A stretch of 64,000 nt of DNA from Octopus sinensis (lineage: Eukaryota). The position numbers were made by a program, and so were the translations under genes. Of the stretch, positions 14,617 to 28,556 are shown in pieces. Where the stretch lies: NCBI RefSeq assembly GCF_006345805.1, contig NC_043000.1, positions 147,250,001 to 147,314,000 on the forward strand, read 5' to 3'. The stretch's first letter is position 1; each line of letters begins with the position of its first letter. The notes below the pieces were generated by a model. It did no database searches. It saw only the letters and a program-made list of their open reading frames with translations, and had not been told where the DNA came from.

Positions 14617-14988
14617 CATCATCATCATCATCATTGTTCGACCGTGGTCGAGACAATGGAATTTACCATGCTACGCCAGACTTCACGGTCCATCATGGCA
14701 TTACGGAGGTCCTGTTGCTGGATGCCTGTATCCCTGGAGATTGCTTCAGGGTAGGAGAGCGTGCGCCCTCTGGCATTGCGAGTAGATAGCTTCCAGAGGA
14801 GAAGAGTAGAAATTACCTCTTTTTCAGCTCTACAACAATGTCCAGCAAACTGGACTCTCCTACCTTTCACAAGAGATGACACAGGTGGTAGTTTCCCATA
14901 TATTTGCATTTTGGTTGGATGGCGCCTCCACGAGAGATTTTGAGCTCTCATAAGGAGGCGAGTGTAGGTTCCATCCAACCACCTCTCT
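14617..14988 (-). mobile_element. RTE LINE 3' end (second copy) nested in the Tx1 relic
   Basis: Near-identical to 8192-8599; (GAT)n tail; 7-bp TSD ctgtttt at 14610-14616 and 14989-14995. Confidence 0.92.
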
Positions 14989-15059
14989 CTGTTTTAGTTG
15001 CTTCTCTTACTGGACTTTTACTGTTGTAGCTGTTGTGGTTCCTGTTGCAGTAGTTATAC

Positions 15060-15370
15060 GCTGTTGTTGGTGTTGTAATTCCTGTATTTGTAATTTCGAA
15101 TGCAGCGAAGCTTCCATACTTTCACCCTCTGTCGTGAGCAGAAAGACTTCTGGAGGTTGGCATTGTCACATATTTGACACTGGCTCTTCTGTCCTCCACC
15201 CTGATGTAGATTTCTACCCCATTCGATAGTGGATTATATCCAGGATCTTTTCCAAGTGTTCTCGTTTTCACCTCTACTAGAAATTCCAGTCCTATTCCGC
15301 ATCTGTTTTCTTGCCAATATATATTTTTAACGTTCAAGAGAGTATCATTTCTCTCCAAGACGATGCACGC
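15060..15370 (-). mobile_element. Putative Tx1 ORF1 (gag-like) relic
   Basis: IRVEDRRA + frameshift + QCQICDNANLQKSFCS resembles a degenerate CX2CX4HX4C knuckle. It is co-oriented with and upstream of the RT fragment. Confidence 0.45.
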
Positions 15371-15464
15371 TACTGTCTTACATTCATTTCAAAGTTAAAC
15401 ATGAAAAGTTTATGAATGATTGGCTGAAGGGGGAATGTATTTGTCTTCAAGCATTTCCTTTTCG

Positions 15465-15475
15465 TCATAATAATA

Positions 15476-15544
<69 letters not shown>

Positions 15545-15595
15545 TAATAAGAATAATAAACAATAATAATAATAATAATGATAATGATAATAATG

Positions 15596-15631
<36 letters not shown>

Positions 15632-16103
15632 TAATAATAATAATAATAATAATAATTAAAAATAATAATAATAATAATAATAATATAAATGATAAAATAA
15701 TAATAACAATAATAATAATAATAATGATAATGATAAATAATGATAATAATAATAATAATAATAATATAATAATAATAATAAAATAATAATAATAATAAAA
15801 ATATAAATAATAATAATAATAATAATAATATGATAATATAATAATAACACAATATAATAATAATGATAATGATAATAATGTAATAATAATAATAGTAACA
15901 ACAAGAGGAAGAAGTAGAAGAAGAAGGAGGAGTAAGGGAGGAAGAGGAGGAGGAGAAGGAGAAGAGGAAGAGGAAGAGGAAGAAGAAGAAGAAGAAGAAG
16001 AAGTAGAAGAAGAAGAAGAAGAAGAAGAAGAAGAAGAAGGACAACAACTACTACTACTACAATAACACCACCAACAATAATGTCAATAACTACGATAAAA
16101 TCA

Positions 16104-16135
<32 letters not shown>

Positions 16136-16375
16136 GGTGGTGGTGGTGGTGCTAGTGCTGGTGGTGCGGGTGGTGGTGATGATGATGATGATGATGGTGA
16201 TGGTGATGATGATGGTGATGGTGGTGGTGGTGGTGGTGGTGAGGAGGAGGAGGAAGAGGATGGGAGGCGGAGGCGGATGAGGAGGAAGAGGAGGAGGAGT
16301 GTGCTAGGTGTGCTGGTGCTGGTATCGGTGCTGGTTGTTCTGGCTGTTCTGGAGCTGGTGATAGTGATGATCATG
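15465..16375. repeat. Compound trinucleotide tract (AAT)n-(GAA/GAG)n-(GAT/GGT)n
   Basis: Directly visible. Confidence 0.95.
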
Positions 16376-16607
16376 AATTTGTGTTACACACACAGTGATA
16401 AGACTGTTTGTTGGGCAAAGTGAAAAGATTGCTAATTTGTTATTATCTTTGTTCTTTTCCGTGCCAACAGGATTTCGTCTCTCCGCGAAAGATTACACAA
16501 CGACAACTATACATAGACATATCTATCTACGTCTGTGTGTGTGTGGTGTGTGTAGGCGCGCACGTGTATGTGTGTGCTTGCGTGTGTATGTGCGTTTGTA
16601 TGTATAG

Positions 16608-16652
<45 letters not shown>

Positions 16653-17335
16653 TGTATATATATATGTATGTATATATGTATGTATATGTATATACTCAGA
16701 TATATACATATATGTATATATATTATATATATATATATATAAGTACGTATATATACATACATGGACTATACACTCACATACGTATATATATTATATATAT
16801 ATACCTACATACGTATACATATATATATAAATATACGCACGAACGCACACACATAAGCGTGTGCGTATGTATGTATATATATATAATATTAAAAAATACA
16901 CAAAATAGGTAAATCTCACATTGGCTGCTTCCAATGAATTCTGAAGAGAAGAAAACTAGACAAGACATACTATAGTCACCGATTATATGTTTGTGTGTGT
17001 GTGTGTGTGTGTGCGCGCGCGCGCGCGTAGATTGATTGATAGAGATAGAGAAACAGAGAGGGGAAGAAACAGAGAGAGAGAGAGACAAACATAGATATAT
17101 AGATATAGGTAGGCAGATAGACAGAGAGAGAGAGAGAGGATTTTGTTTTATGTGTGTGTATGTAAATATAAAGATATTTCAAAAAGATACGTCCACAGAC
17201 CCATACGTGTATATGTATAAAACGTTATACACCGAAATATGCCACCAGCATATACGCCTGCACTCACAAGCACACAAATACATACAAAAACTTGCAAACA
17301 TCAACACAGTTATACACTATCTCAAGGAATTTGTG

Positions 17336-17380
<45 letters not shown>

Positions 17381-17526
17381 CATGCGTGCAAATTGTATGT
17401 CTGACCGTGTTCGGAAGATGTGTTATTTTTTCCTTTCGAAATTTTCTTCTACGCCATCAAAAGAATTAGTTATATGTTGGTTTTCAGCATGTGTGTTGTT
17501 GTATACATACATACATACATACATAT

Positions 17527-17568
<42 letters not shown>

Positions 17569-17908
17569 CATATATATATATATAGATATATATAATATAT
17601 ATATATATATATATACATATACATACATATATATATATATATACAAGCCATATACATATACATACATATACATATACATACGTATATATATGTAGCTATA
17701 TATAGTATATATACATGTATACTTATCTGTACTCATCTATACGAGTGTTGTATGCATGCATTAGTGCACGCATTTATGTGTCTGCATGTGTGTGTGCCGT
17801 GTGTAATTTTATATGCATGTAAAGTCTGCATATATGAATGTATAATAGATATCTGGATTAGTATATATTCATGAATCTATGCTAGCATGTGCACTTTACA
17901 TAAATACG

Positions 17909-17948
<40 letters not shown>

Positions 17949-18814
17949 AAGATAAATAAAAACATACAAACAAATGCATGCAACATACACACAGCGATCA
18001 ATGCATAAACACATATACAGATTCACACACTGACAAATACACCAACACCCACATACACATATACACACACACATATGTGTATGTATGTGTATAATATATA
18101 TATATATATATATGCATGTATATATACATATACATATATATTTTTATATTTATATATACACATAGACATGAGTAAATACATGCGAATATACATGCATACA
18201 TACATACATGCACACACGACACATATATGCAAATACGTATATGCATACGTCCGTACCTTGCATATATATGACGCACGAAACGAGATAAGTGCACACACGC
18301 CAACTGTATGAATGATTTCTAGCTAACGAAATTGTCTTCTGGCCAAACAATATGTCATCTCGGCCAAAACCTTCGTTTCCACTTCCTTACAGTTAATTAA
18401 GCAATACATTCCATTTAAAATTGATATGTTCAATTCCCAGTTTGGTCCCTTGTTTCGCCCTTTTGATCGCTTCAATTAATTTTCTTTGAACTTTATACTC
18501 AATCTAACTGATTGCTGTTTATACATACACTAACACCTAAACGTATACGCGTACATGGTATGTATAAATGTACGAGTTTGTCTGTGTGTTTGTGTCTGTG
18601 TGTTTGTGTCTGTGTGTTTGTCTGTGTGTTCGTGGGGAATTCGTTTGTATTGTGTTGCTATGTTTACTTATTTTTGCAGTAGACAGCAATGAGTGGAGAG
18701 AATGTTTCAATGAAGTGCTCGAAATTCAGAGAAAGAGAAAAATCTGTTGAAAATTTCTCGTTTTCACCAATCTGACCAGGTTAAATGAACCTACCACTTC
18801 ATTTCACTATCACC

Positions 18815-18914
18815 NNNNNNNNNNNNNNNNNNNNNNNNNNNNNNNNNNNNNNNNNNNNNNNNNNNNNNNNNNNNNNNNNNNNNNNNNNNNNNNNNNNNNN
18901 NNNNNNNNNNNNNN
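18815..18914. other. Assembly gap (100 N)
   Basis: N run. Confidence 1.
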
Positions 18915-19043
18915 AATTTATCGACCCCGAAAGGATGAAAGGCAAAGTCGATCTCGGCGGAATTTGAACTCAGAACGTAACGACAGACGAAATATGGCTA
19001 CGCATTTCGCCCGGCGTGCTAACGTTTCTGCCAGCTCGCCGCC
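18915..19043 (-). mobile_element. SINE family B, 5' part (cut by the gap)
   Basis: Reverse complement of ggcggcgagctggcagaaacgttagc..gagttcaaattccgccgag. Confidence 0.9.
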
Positions 19044-19366
19044 TTTGCAGGTGATAATATTAACATAAAGTGTAGCCTTCCTTGGATTCATGACCGTTAC
19101 ATCACTTGACATCTGAAAGATTATGCGTTTGCAATCGGAGAGCAAGAGATAGCTGCGAAATAATATACTGAAGAAACGAGATAGTGAAGTCCTTAAATTT
19201 CCAAGATGCAACATCAATTGTCGATTATGTTACCTCTTCTGTGGAGAACATAATATATGTAATTAGAACAGCCCAAAATTTCATGAAAGTAATTTCTCCG
19301 TTTGCGACTTGATGCTGCTAAAACAATATGCAATCACATTTGCAGCAAGGAAGTTTGTGCTTTGAA

Positions 19367-19372
19367 ATAGAC

Positions 19373-19430
<58 letters not shown>

Positions 19431-19432
19431 GC

Positions 19433-19486
<54 letters not shown>

Positions 19487-19488
19487 GC

Positions 19489-19550
<62 letters not shown>

Positions 19551-19552
19551 GC

Positions 19553-19625
<73 letters not shown>
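19367..19625. repeat. (GATA)n array abutting a Tx1 3' end
   Basis: Directly visible. Confidence 0.95.
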
Positions 19626-19626
<1 letters not shown>

Positions 19627-20593
19627 GTTTCTTTATTGGCCACACAGGGCTGCACACAGATGGGACAAGTTACAATGTAGAGCTTTTCTTTTGGGGGAGA
19701 AAAAAAAAAGAAGGTGGCGTAGGTTTTCGATCAAAAGGGATCGTAAAAGGGAAAAAAGAACAAAAAAAAAAGAAAGAAAGAAAAAACAAGGAAAAGAAAA
19801 AAGAAAAAAGGGAAAAGAAAAGAAAAATGAAAAAGAAGAAAAGAAAAAAGAGGAAAAAAGGAGGAGAGGAAATAAAAACGATCAATAGGGATCGTGTATC
19901 ACAGTGTCATGATGTATGGTGTAAAGGGAAAGCAAATAAGGTTTATCCGTGGGAAGAAAAGCCTACGAAAAAGACCACGGTAACCTTGGTCAATATTGTT
20001 ATATGTTACCACATTTGTTTGCAAGTGGGTAACCCTCTGTTTTCAATTTCTGGGTTCATAGGATTATGCTCAAGGTGGCTCGTCATTCATACGTGCCATC
20101 CTTGCTACATTCACCCATCTTTTTTTAAAAAATTCGCTAGACAAAACTTGCCTCTCTACTCTCACTCCTTTTCTTTTCAAAAAGTGGTACTTGAAGAAGT
20201 TGATGAGAGGTTGGCCAGAGAGGAAAGTGTTTGTCTCCAATCCTTTCAGACGCGTCCACCAGATACATTCTTTCGCCATAGCCACACGGATGATGAAAAT
20301 AGCTCTTCCTTCCCGTTTGAAGGAAGGAGACGTGACGATATTAACGATAGACTCGGCTGATAAACCGACACGTCCCACACGTGACAGCAGTCGTTCGACA
20401 TAAGCCCACAGGTCGGAGATTCTTGGACACTGCACGATTGCGTGCAGAGCGGTTTCGTCGCTCTGCCCGCATCTCGGGCAGGTCGGCCCCGTGTTTCTCG
20501 AGCCATGCCTATAGAGCTTATCCCGAACGGGTAGCGCTTCTCGGTAGCACCGCCAGGCCAGGGATCTCTGGAAGTTGTCCATAGGTCCCGGCC
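19626..20593 (-). mobile_element. Tx1-clade LINE, 5'-truncated (ORF2 C-terminal zinc-binding region plus 3' UTR)
   Basis: LAWRCYREALPVRDKL..CPRCGQSDETALHAIVQCP..LWAYV; 3' UTR with T-rich run and AATAAA followed by (TATC)n. Confidence 0.85.
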
Positions 20594-20630
20594 AGACAGA
20601 CAGATAGATAGCTAGATAGATAGATAGATA

Positions 20631-20764
20631 TGTTTCTTTATTGACCACACAGGGCTGCACACAGATGGGACAAATTACAAGGTAGAGCTTTTCTTTTGGG
20701 GGATGAAAAAAAAAACAAAAAACAAAAAACAAAAGAAAGAAAAAAAAGTGGCGTAGGTTTTCGA
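20631..20764 (-). mobile_element. Second, very short 3' end of the same Tx1 family
   Basis: Direct repeat of about 19626-19730 (tttctttattg(g/a)ccacacagggctgcacacagatggg..gtggcgtaggttttcga), with its own (GATA)n at 20594-20630. Confidence 0.88.
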
Positions 20765-21071
20765 GAATATCAATACAGGGAATATTAGTGGGACATTCCC
20801 ACCAAAACTTCTAAATGTGCAAAATTAATAAGCATGATATAGTTATTGGGAACAAAAAAAGAAAACACATGCATAGTCATAGAAGTCTGTAGCTCATTTA
20901 TTCTGATTATAAATTCTCATTTATAGCAATAATCATTGATGAACTCGGTTACGTTAATAAATGCTTAAATAACGGTTGCGCCCACGTCCATTTTATTGCG
21001 CAGGCAGACTGATATACTCGCATTGCGCAAAATATAAGTTTTTCAGTTATAAAATTTATACAATATTCGCA

Positions 21072-21197
21072 GACGCAGGAGTGGCTGTGTGGTAAGTAGC
21101 TTGCTAACCAACCACATGGTTCCGGGTGGCATCTTGGGCAAGTGTCTTCTGCTATAGTGAGTGGATTTGGTAGATGGAAACTGAAAGAAGCCCGTCG

Positions 21198-21231
<34 letters not shown>

Positions 21232-21450
21232 ATATAATGTCTGTGTTTGTCCCTCTAGCATTGCTTGACAACTGATGCTGGTGTGTTTACGTCCCCGTAA
21301 CTTAGCGGTTCGGCAAAAAGAGACCGATAGAATAAGTACTGGGCTTACAAAGAATAAGTCCTGGGGTTGATTTGCTCGACTAAAGGCGGTGCTCCAGCAT
21401 GGCCGCAGTCAAATGACTGAAACAAGTAAAAGAGTAAAAGAGAAAGAGTA
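21072..21450 (+). mobile_element. SINE family A with internal deletions
   Basis: Head and tail match the family. Confidence 0.88.
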
Positions 21451-21670
21451 TGCCTATTTGCGACATAGGTCGCGTTTCCACAACGATTTGATTGGGTCAA
21501 ATTCGAACAGAAATCGTCCGGTAATTGTCACTTTAATGGAAATTTTGCTGTCTATAAAACATATATTGCTATGTTAGGACCACCCCCTTGATACCCAACT
21601 ACACTCTAGCTGAAAAATATAGAATATCTCATAAGTAACATAAACGCCCTAAATTCGGTGGCGGCGTTAA

Positions 21671-21891
21671 CCCTTTCGATACCAACCTGCCTGAAACCGC
21701 CTCTAAATCTGTAGAACAAATGTCTTGTTTTCAAAAGTTCTGAATTAAAATCTGCCATCAAACCTTAGTCACAATTTATGTTCCTAACACTAGCTTAATG
21801 ATAACTAAGTTATTTTACTAAATTCATTGTTATATTTAAAATAATTGAAAGAACTATAGAGCACCTCAAAATAAATACGGTAACGAAAGGG
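21671..21891. mobile_element. piggyBac-type MITE
   Basis: TTAA on both sides (21667-21670, 21892-21895); TIR ccctttcgatacc / ggtaacgaaaggg. Confidence 0.88.
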
Positions 21892-22537
21892 TTAATGAAG
21901 ATGTTGCATGTTAATTTAATGTGTTAAACTTACCTTTATTAATGTATATCGAATTATACATAGATATATACAAGATTTACACAGATATAAGAGTTAGAAC
22001 TTGTGACCCGCCCGTGGACCTTTTTCTTTGGAAATTTTTGTCCGCCGCACTAAAAAGCTTCCCCACCCCTGATCTAAACGAACTAGACACAGACTATCAC
22101 GCATTTTATAAATACAATTTGTAAGCGGAACAGTAACAATATTCAAGACTTTTTAATATTCAATATGAAACACTTATTGTCGTAGTTATCCAAATTCCAG
22201 CGATGAAGCTTCGTTTCTTTTGCAAGAACGAAGCAGATAGTTAGCCGCTTCATTCTACGAAGAACATAGGAAAAGAACACACATGCATACACGCAAATAT
22301 GCATTCATACACAGCCACACATATGCATATAACGCATATGCGTGCACACACGTCTGCAGGCCCGTACACATACATACATACATACATACATACATACATA
22401 CATACATACATACATACATACATACATACATGATGGCTGGCCCCTCGTTATCGAGTATGGCCACTGCACGAAGCTTAACTGTTATTGGTGCTGTGATCGA
22501 ATGTGGCTTTTTAGCCCAGATACATTCATACATATAT

Positions 22538-22776
22538 ATTTCTTTACTACCCACAAGGGGCTAAACATAGAAGGGACAAACAAGGACAGACAAAGGGATT
22601 AAGTCAATTACATAGACCCCAGTGCGAAACTGGTACTTTATTTATCGACCAAGAAAAGAAAGGATGAAAGGCAAAGTCGACCTCGGCGGAATTTGAACTC
22701 AGAACGTAACGGCAGACGAAATACGGCTAAGCATTTCGCCCGGCATGCTAACGTTTCTGCCAGCTCGCCGCCTTTT
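22538..22776 (-). mobile_element. SINE family B, full length
   Basis: 14-bp TSD attcatacatatat at 22524-22537 and 22777-22790. Confidence 0.92.
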
Positions 22777-23034
22777 ATTCATACATATATGCATGCATAC
22801 ATACATACGTACGTATGGACTCACGACAGCTACATAACATCATACTTCGAATGCTATGCGTTTGAAACCCAAAAGCAAGAGAGAGTTACGAAATAACCAG
22901 TAAACAAAAGAGACAGGGAAGCCCTTGGAGCCCCTAGATACAAGCGAAAATGTAGATAATGTCATATTTCTCTGGTAGACATTATACATGTGATCAGCAG
23001 CTGCCCAAAAATATCAAGGTACTACATTCCTATG

Positions 23035-23293
23035 GGATGCGCGTGGCTTAATGGTTAGGGTGTCAGCATCATGATCGTAAGATTGTGGTTTCGATTCCTG
23101 GACCGGGCGATGCGTTGTGTTCTTGAGCAAAACACTTCATTTCACGTAGCTCCAGTCCACTCAGCTGGCAAAAATGAGTAACGCTGTGATGGACTGGCGT
23201 CCCGTCCAACTGGGGAACACATATGCCACGGAAAACAGGAAACCGGGCCCATGGGCCTGGCTAGGCTTTAAAAGGGTGCATTTATTTATTTAT
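23035..23293 (+). mobile_element. SINE family C, full length
   Basis: 12-bp TSD tacattcctatg at 23023-23034 and 23294-23305; (ttta)n tail. Confidence 0.92.
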
Positions 23294-24197
23294 TACATTC
23301 CTATGACAACGTAGTCGCTAAAACAATATATAATGAATGCCATTCTACGTCCTGAGTTCAAATTCCGCCGAGGTCGACTTTGCCTTTCATCCTTTCTGGT
23401 TCGATAAAGTACCAGTTGTGTACTGGAGCCAATCTAATCGATTGGCCTCCTCCGAAAAATTTTGGGCCTTGTTCTTAGAGTAGAACAGAATATATAACTC
23501 CATTCGAAAAAAGACGGTCCTGAAATAAATATGGAGAACCCCACCTATCCGTGAAAACATGCACAAACATCAACAGAAGGAATATTTGTGGAACATTCCC
23601 ATCAAAACTTCTGTCGTGGCTGAATATTGTTGTTTGAAACAAAGATGAAAGTATGTACCGTCATAAAAGTCAGCTACCTTGCTCATGTGAATATTTCTTC
23701 GAAAATCAGAGAAAGAGGTTAACTATGAACAATTGCTTCGAAACCGCCAGCTTTTATACCCAAATTGTAAATTCACATTTATTCCGAATATAATCGGTGC
23801 AATTGGTTTTGTGAGTAAATACCTATATAACAATCTGGATAAGCTAATTCGCATATTACAAATATAATCTATAAGTGGAACAGTTAAAATTTGCAAGACT
23901 TTTTTGGAAGCTTAAAATGTGAATTTGTTTTTGTTATCTACATTTTGCTATTTATGCTTTGTATCCGTGTTTAAAACCAATTCTTTCCTCATTAGGAGAT
24001 TTCAAATAATTAAAAACAGGAGAGAACACACATACACACACACACACACTTACATACACGCACATACACACACACATACACATATGCATTCATGCATGCA
24101 TTCATACATACATACATACATACATTCATACATACATACATACATACATACATACATACATACATACATACATACATACATACATACATACAATTTG

Positions 24198-24692
24198 CCG
24201 TAAATCTACGAGTATAGTCCGCCCTTGAGTATAATACGCAGGGGATTTTTAGGGGGATGTGCCTCTGAAAAACCTAAACCTTGTGTATAATACGCACCCC
24301 TTCTCTAACCTGAGTCAAGAAGGTCTATATAACGTCCTTGGTTTGTATAAATGTATACGATAACGTCCTTTATTATTATTGTATATATAACATAATGCAA
24401 ACGTGTAGCTTTTTTGTGCATTTTGTTTGCAGAAAATAAAGAAATAACAGTAATAACGTTTAATAAATGTTGCTTACTGCAAGTTATAGATGATTCTTTT
24501 ATGACTTCATTGCTTTCGGGCTTAGCTTAAGGTATTTTCGCCCCCGACATCACAAAATACCGGACAGCAAATCGAGACTCGGACATTGCTTAGAAAATAA
24601 TTTTCATTTTAACCTCGTATATAGTACGCACTAGTGATTTTGACCTTTAAATTTGGAGGAAAAAAATGCGGATTATACTCGAGGATTTACGG
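24198..24692. mobile_element. Tc1/mariner (Tc2/pogo-like) MITE
   Basis: Imperfect TIRs ccgtaaatctacgagtatagtccgc / gcggattatactcgaggatttacgg; TA on the right side, TG on the left. Confidence 0.8.
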
Positions 24693-26507
24693 TACACGTT
24701 CGTCCTCGGAGTGACAAGGATCGTTGAGTCGTCGTTGAGGATGACTGAAAATTTCCACGGTAACTTTTTTTTAAGTGAACATGAGTTGTGCACCGTCAAC
24801 TTTATTCTCTCATCCGTGACTATTTTTAGTCCAGTGGCAAGTCTATGTCAAAAGGACTGAGGGTAGAGATGGATGCAGTGGATGACCAAGATGTTTTAGT
24901 TGCCTCGTCCTGTTCTCTGAATTATACAATACGTCGCTGCAGCCGCTTTCCTTTTCGTTGGACCATGAATGTTTCTTCCGCGGAGACCACCGGATCCAGT
25001 CTTCACATGCATATGTAGGAAATGCCCTAATACACTAATTAAACCATAGCTGGAGCACTGAGAGCTGTATTACTCCGGGTCAGAGTAGACCAGGAAACAA
25101 TAGCGGCTAAAAGGTGGGTGGGGAACACACACGCTTCAAAGCCCTGGAACTCCTGAATCAGATTCCTTACAGATGCAGTTTAATGTCATTGCACACAGGC
25201 ACACACATGCAAGTATATATATAATAATATAAATAATATATATATATATGCATATATACATACATATATGTACATACCTACATATATATGTATATATACA
25301 TGCATATATGGGTACAGGACGTCAAAAAAACGTGAACAAAATGAGAAACGAGAGCATAAAAAACAAAAACATGGAAAACGGATTTTTTTCCAAACAACGA
25401 AAGAAGCAAATAAAGAAACGAAGCAGGCAATATAAAGAACATTCCCTCATGAGTTGCCCCCTTTTTTATCTACTCCGCGTTCCGAACGTAAGGACAAGAC
25501 GCGACTTCGTTTAAGCAGTCGTTCCCGCAAAGCAAATTTTTAAAAAATTGGGATTTGCGGAGGGTTAAAGTGGTGACAAATACATATACATACATATTCT
25601 TATTCATTTCTGTTACTGGTTTCAGCCAGATGCTGGGGCCAGGCTTGAGCACCATCTTCCAGTGGTAGTATATCAAGATATAGGATATCATATTGTGTGC
25701 TTGTATGTACAATTAGATGTATGACTGCAACTGGTTTATTTATAACTCCACGTTGAATGTCATTATCCAGTCAACATCCAGTGTGGTCACTACTGTACTA
25801 AGCAGTATTATTGATTATGATATACAGACAAAATGTACGTATAAGTGTGATAAACACAAGATTCGGTTTATATCATTTATTCTCTATCTACGTTTCGCCA
25901 TTGTAGTTATTTGCAACCCCTGCACTGGATATTCCAACTGCAATTGGATGCTGTGAACACTGAATTGCATTACGTTACACTAGACTGCTGAAGCGACGTA
26001 CAGGATTCTTTGTGGCATCACTTCTGGTCTTTCGGTCTTGATAGCAAAGCCTACAACGAGACTGGTGCCAAGCTGTGTTGGACCTTGTCTTTCCCTTGGA
26101 CAACTTTGGCGGCATGGGGAGAAAGAAACTTGCATATATAGGTAACAGCTGGTCATCTATAAAAAGGCCTTGCCTAGGCGTAAACCTTCGAGAAGAAATA
26201 TCAGGAACAGATCCATAATCTCACGTGAAATACGTAAGCCCCGAATATATCTGTGCCTAGCTATTTATGTCTTTATTTTTTAATTATTATAAATCTTCCA
26301 CTGAGGACGGAGCCGGTTTCCAACAAAGATACAAGGCTCCATCTTTGGGATGTAGTTAACACAGACAAATTCACATTTGGAAATTGAGAAAAGTCTTGCA
26401 TATTTTTACTGTTCCACTCACAGATTGCACTTGTAATATACGAATTAGCCGGTCGATTTCTCTTTCTGAAAATCCCAGTTTATCCAGATTTTGGATACAT
26501 GGGAGAG

Positions 26508-26539
<32 letters not shown>

Positions 26540-26826
26540 TGTATGTATGTATGTATGTATGTATGTACGTACGTACGTACGTACGTATGTATGTATCATG
26601 TATGTATATCCATTTATGTTACTAAGTTCCTGAAAGTATTGATTCCATAATCGGATACCGATTGTTGCTCATGAATTATATATGTTACGTGCATGCACAC
26701 GTGTGTGAGTGTTGTATACTGTATGTATGTTTGTCTGCATATATATGTATATAAGTGTATAACACACATATGTTTGTGTGTGTCTCTGCGTGTATCTATT
26801 TTTTGTGTATAACATCCTATACGTAG

Positions 26827-26934
<108 letters not shown>

Positions 26935-27315
26935 TGCTTGAATATATGTATGTCTGTTTAAAGATGCATGCTCAAAGTGAACTTTTTTTTCATCTGAATG
27001 TTTGTGCGTGATTATTTGAATGTTTACACGTTTGTGTGTGAATGTATGCCTCTTCCGATACATATATCATTATGCACGTACGTGTATGTGTGTGTATTTA
27101 ACAGCATACACCTATGCGTGTGTACGTGCGTGTATGCACATATGTATAACTATTGATGAACGTATATGTACGTTTTCGTGTATATATATCTGTCTACATT
27201 GTGCATAAAAATATCCTCTCCTAGGTTTTCAATATACACACATACAAGCACACACAAACACTCACACACACACACACATACGCGCGCGCATACAAAAAAA
27301 CACGTTTGTGTGGGG

Positions 27316-27346
<31 letters not shown>

Positions 27347-27688
27347 CATATATATATCGTATGTAAAAATATACTCTCCCAAGTATCCAATACACACACA
27401 CTCACACATACACACACACAACACACACACACACCACACACAACACACACACACACAACATACACACACACACACATACAAAAGCATGCAAAACCACACA
27501 CAAGTACACACATTTGTGTGTGTGTGTGTTTATATTTATGTCTACATCGTGTGTAAAAATATACTCTCCCAGGTATTCAAAACACACACACACACACACA
27601 TACACACACACACACGGCCTTAGATAAGCGTTATCCACACAACTAACAAGTACTCAAACACACACACACACTTGCACACATACACATA

Positions 27689-27731
<43 letters not shown>

Positions 27732-28349
27732 CTCACACGCACACGTTAATAGATAGATGTGTTATTGATTTGCTGGCGAGCAGAGCAATAGTCTTGACTT
27801 TATCAAAAGCACTGAAGCTTTCAGCTAACTTTCCAGTTGTCACTCTTCTGTGAACTTATTCAACTGGAATGGACAACTTCACAATACCAGAAGCTTTCTC
27901 TCGAAACTCTTTACTACAAAATGTCTAGCAAGCTAATTTCTTTCGCTCTCACACGCACACCACACTCCACCACCACCACCCTCTTCGATATCTTCGCCTC
28001 TCACCCTCTCTCTCTCTCTATTTCTCTCTCTCTATTTCTCTCTCTCTCACTCTCTTTCGTTATCTATCTATCTGTCTGTCTCTTTGTTTATGTGTGTGTA
28101 TGCGTGTGTTCGTGAGAGAGATGGTATACATATCTTTGTGTATTTGTGATCGTTGTCTTTCACACGGTCTCTCATTTCTTTTCTTGTTTTCTTTTTTTCT
28201 TTTTTTCCTTTGTGTCCTCATTATTTTCGTCTCTTTCTTCTTTCTCACACTTGCGCGGCCATTTTATTTTCCTGTTTTCTAATATATATATATATACTGA
28301 GATAACACACCTATATACATACATACATACACCTGTGTGTGTACATGTG

Positions 28350-28401
<52 letters not shown>

Positions 28402-28410
28402 ATATTATAT

Positions 28411-28458
<48 letters not shown>

Positions 28459-28480
28459 ATATATATATGCATATATATAT

Positions 28481-28556
<76 letters not shown>

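Noticed and set aside
20070-20732. 220-aa ORF as a host zinc-finger gene
   Set aside because: It is a read-through of one Tx1 3' UTR and GATA tail into a second Tx1 ORF2 fragment.
25300-25560. Hammerhead in the repeat shared with 62255-62340
   Set aside because: The core reads CTCATGA and no consistent helices could be built; it is probably a PLE-associated UTR fragment.
26300-26345. CTGAGGA followed by a ggagcc/ggctcc stem as a hammerhead
   Set aside because: No GAAA after helix II and no cleavage triplet or helix I.
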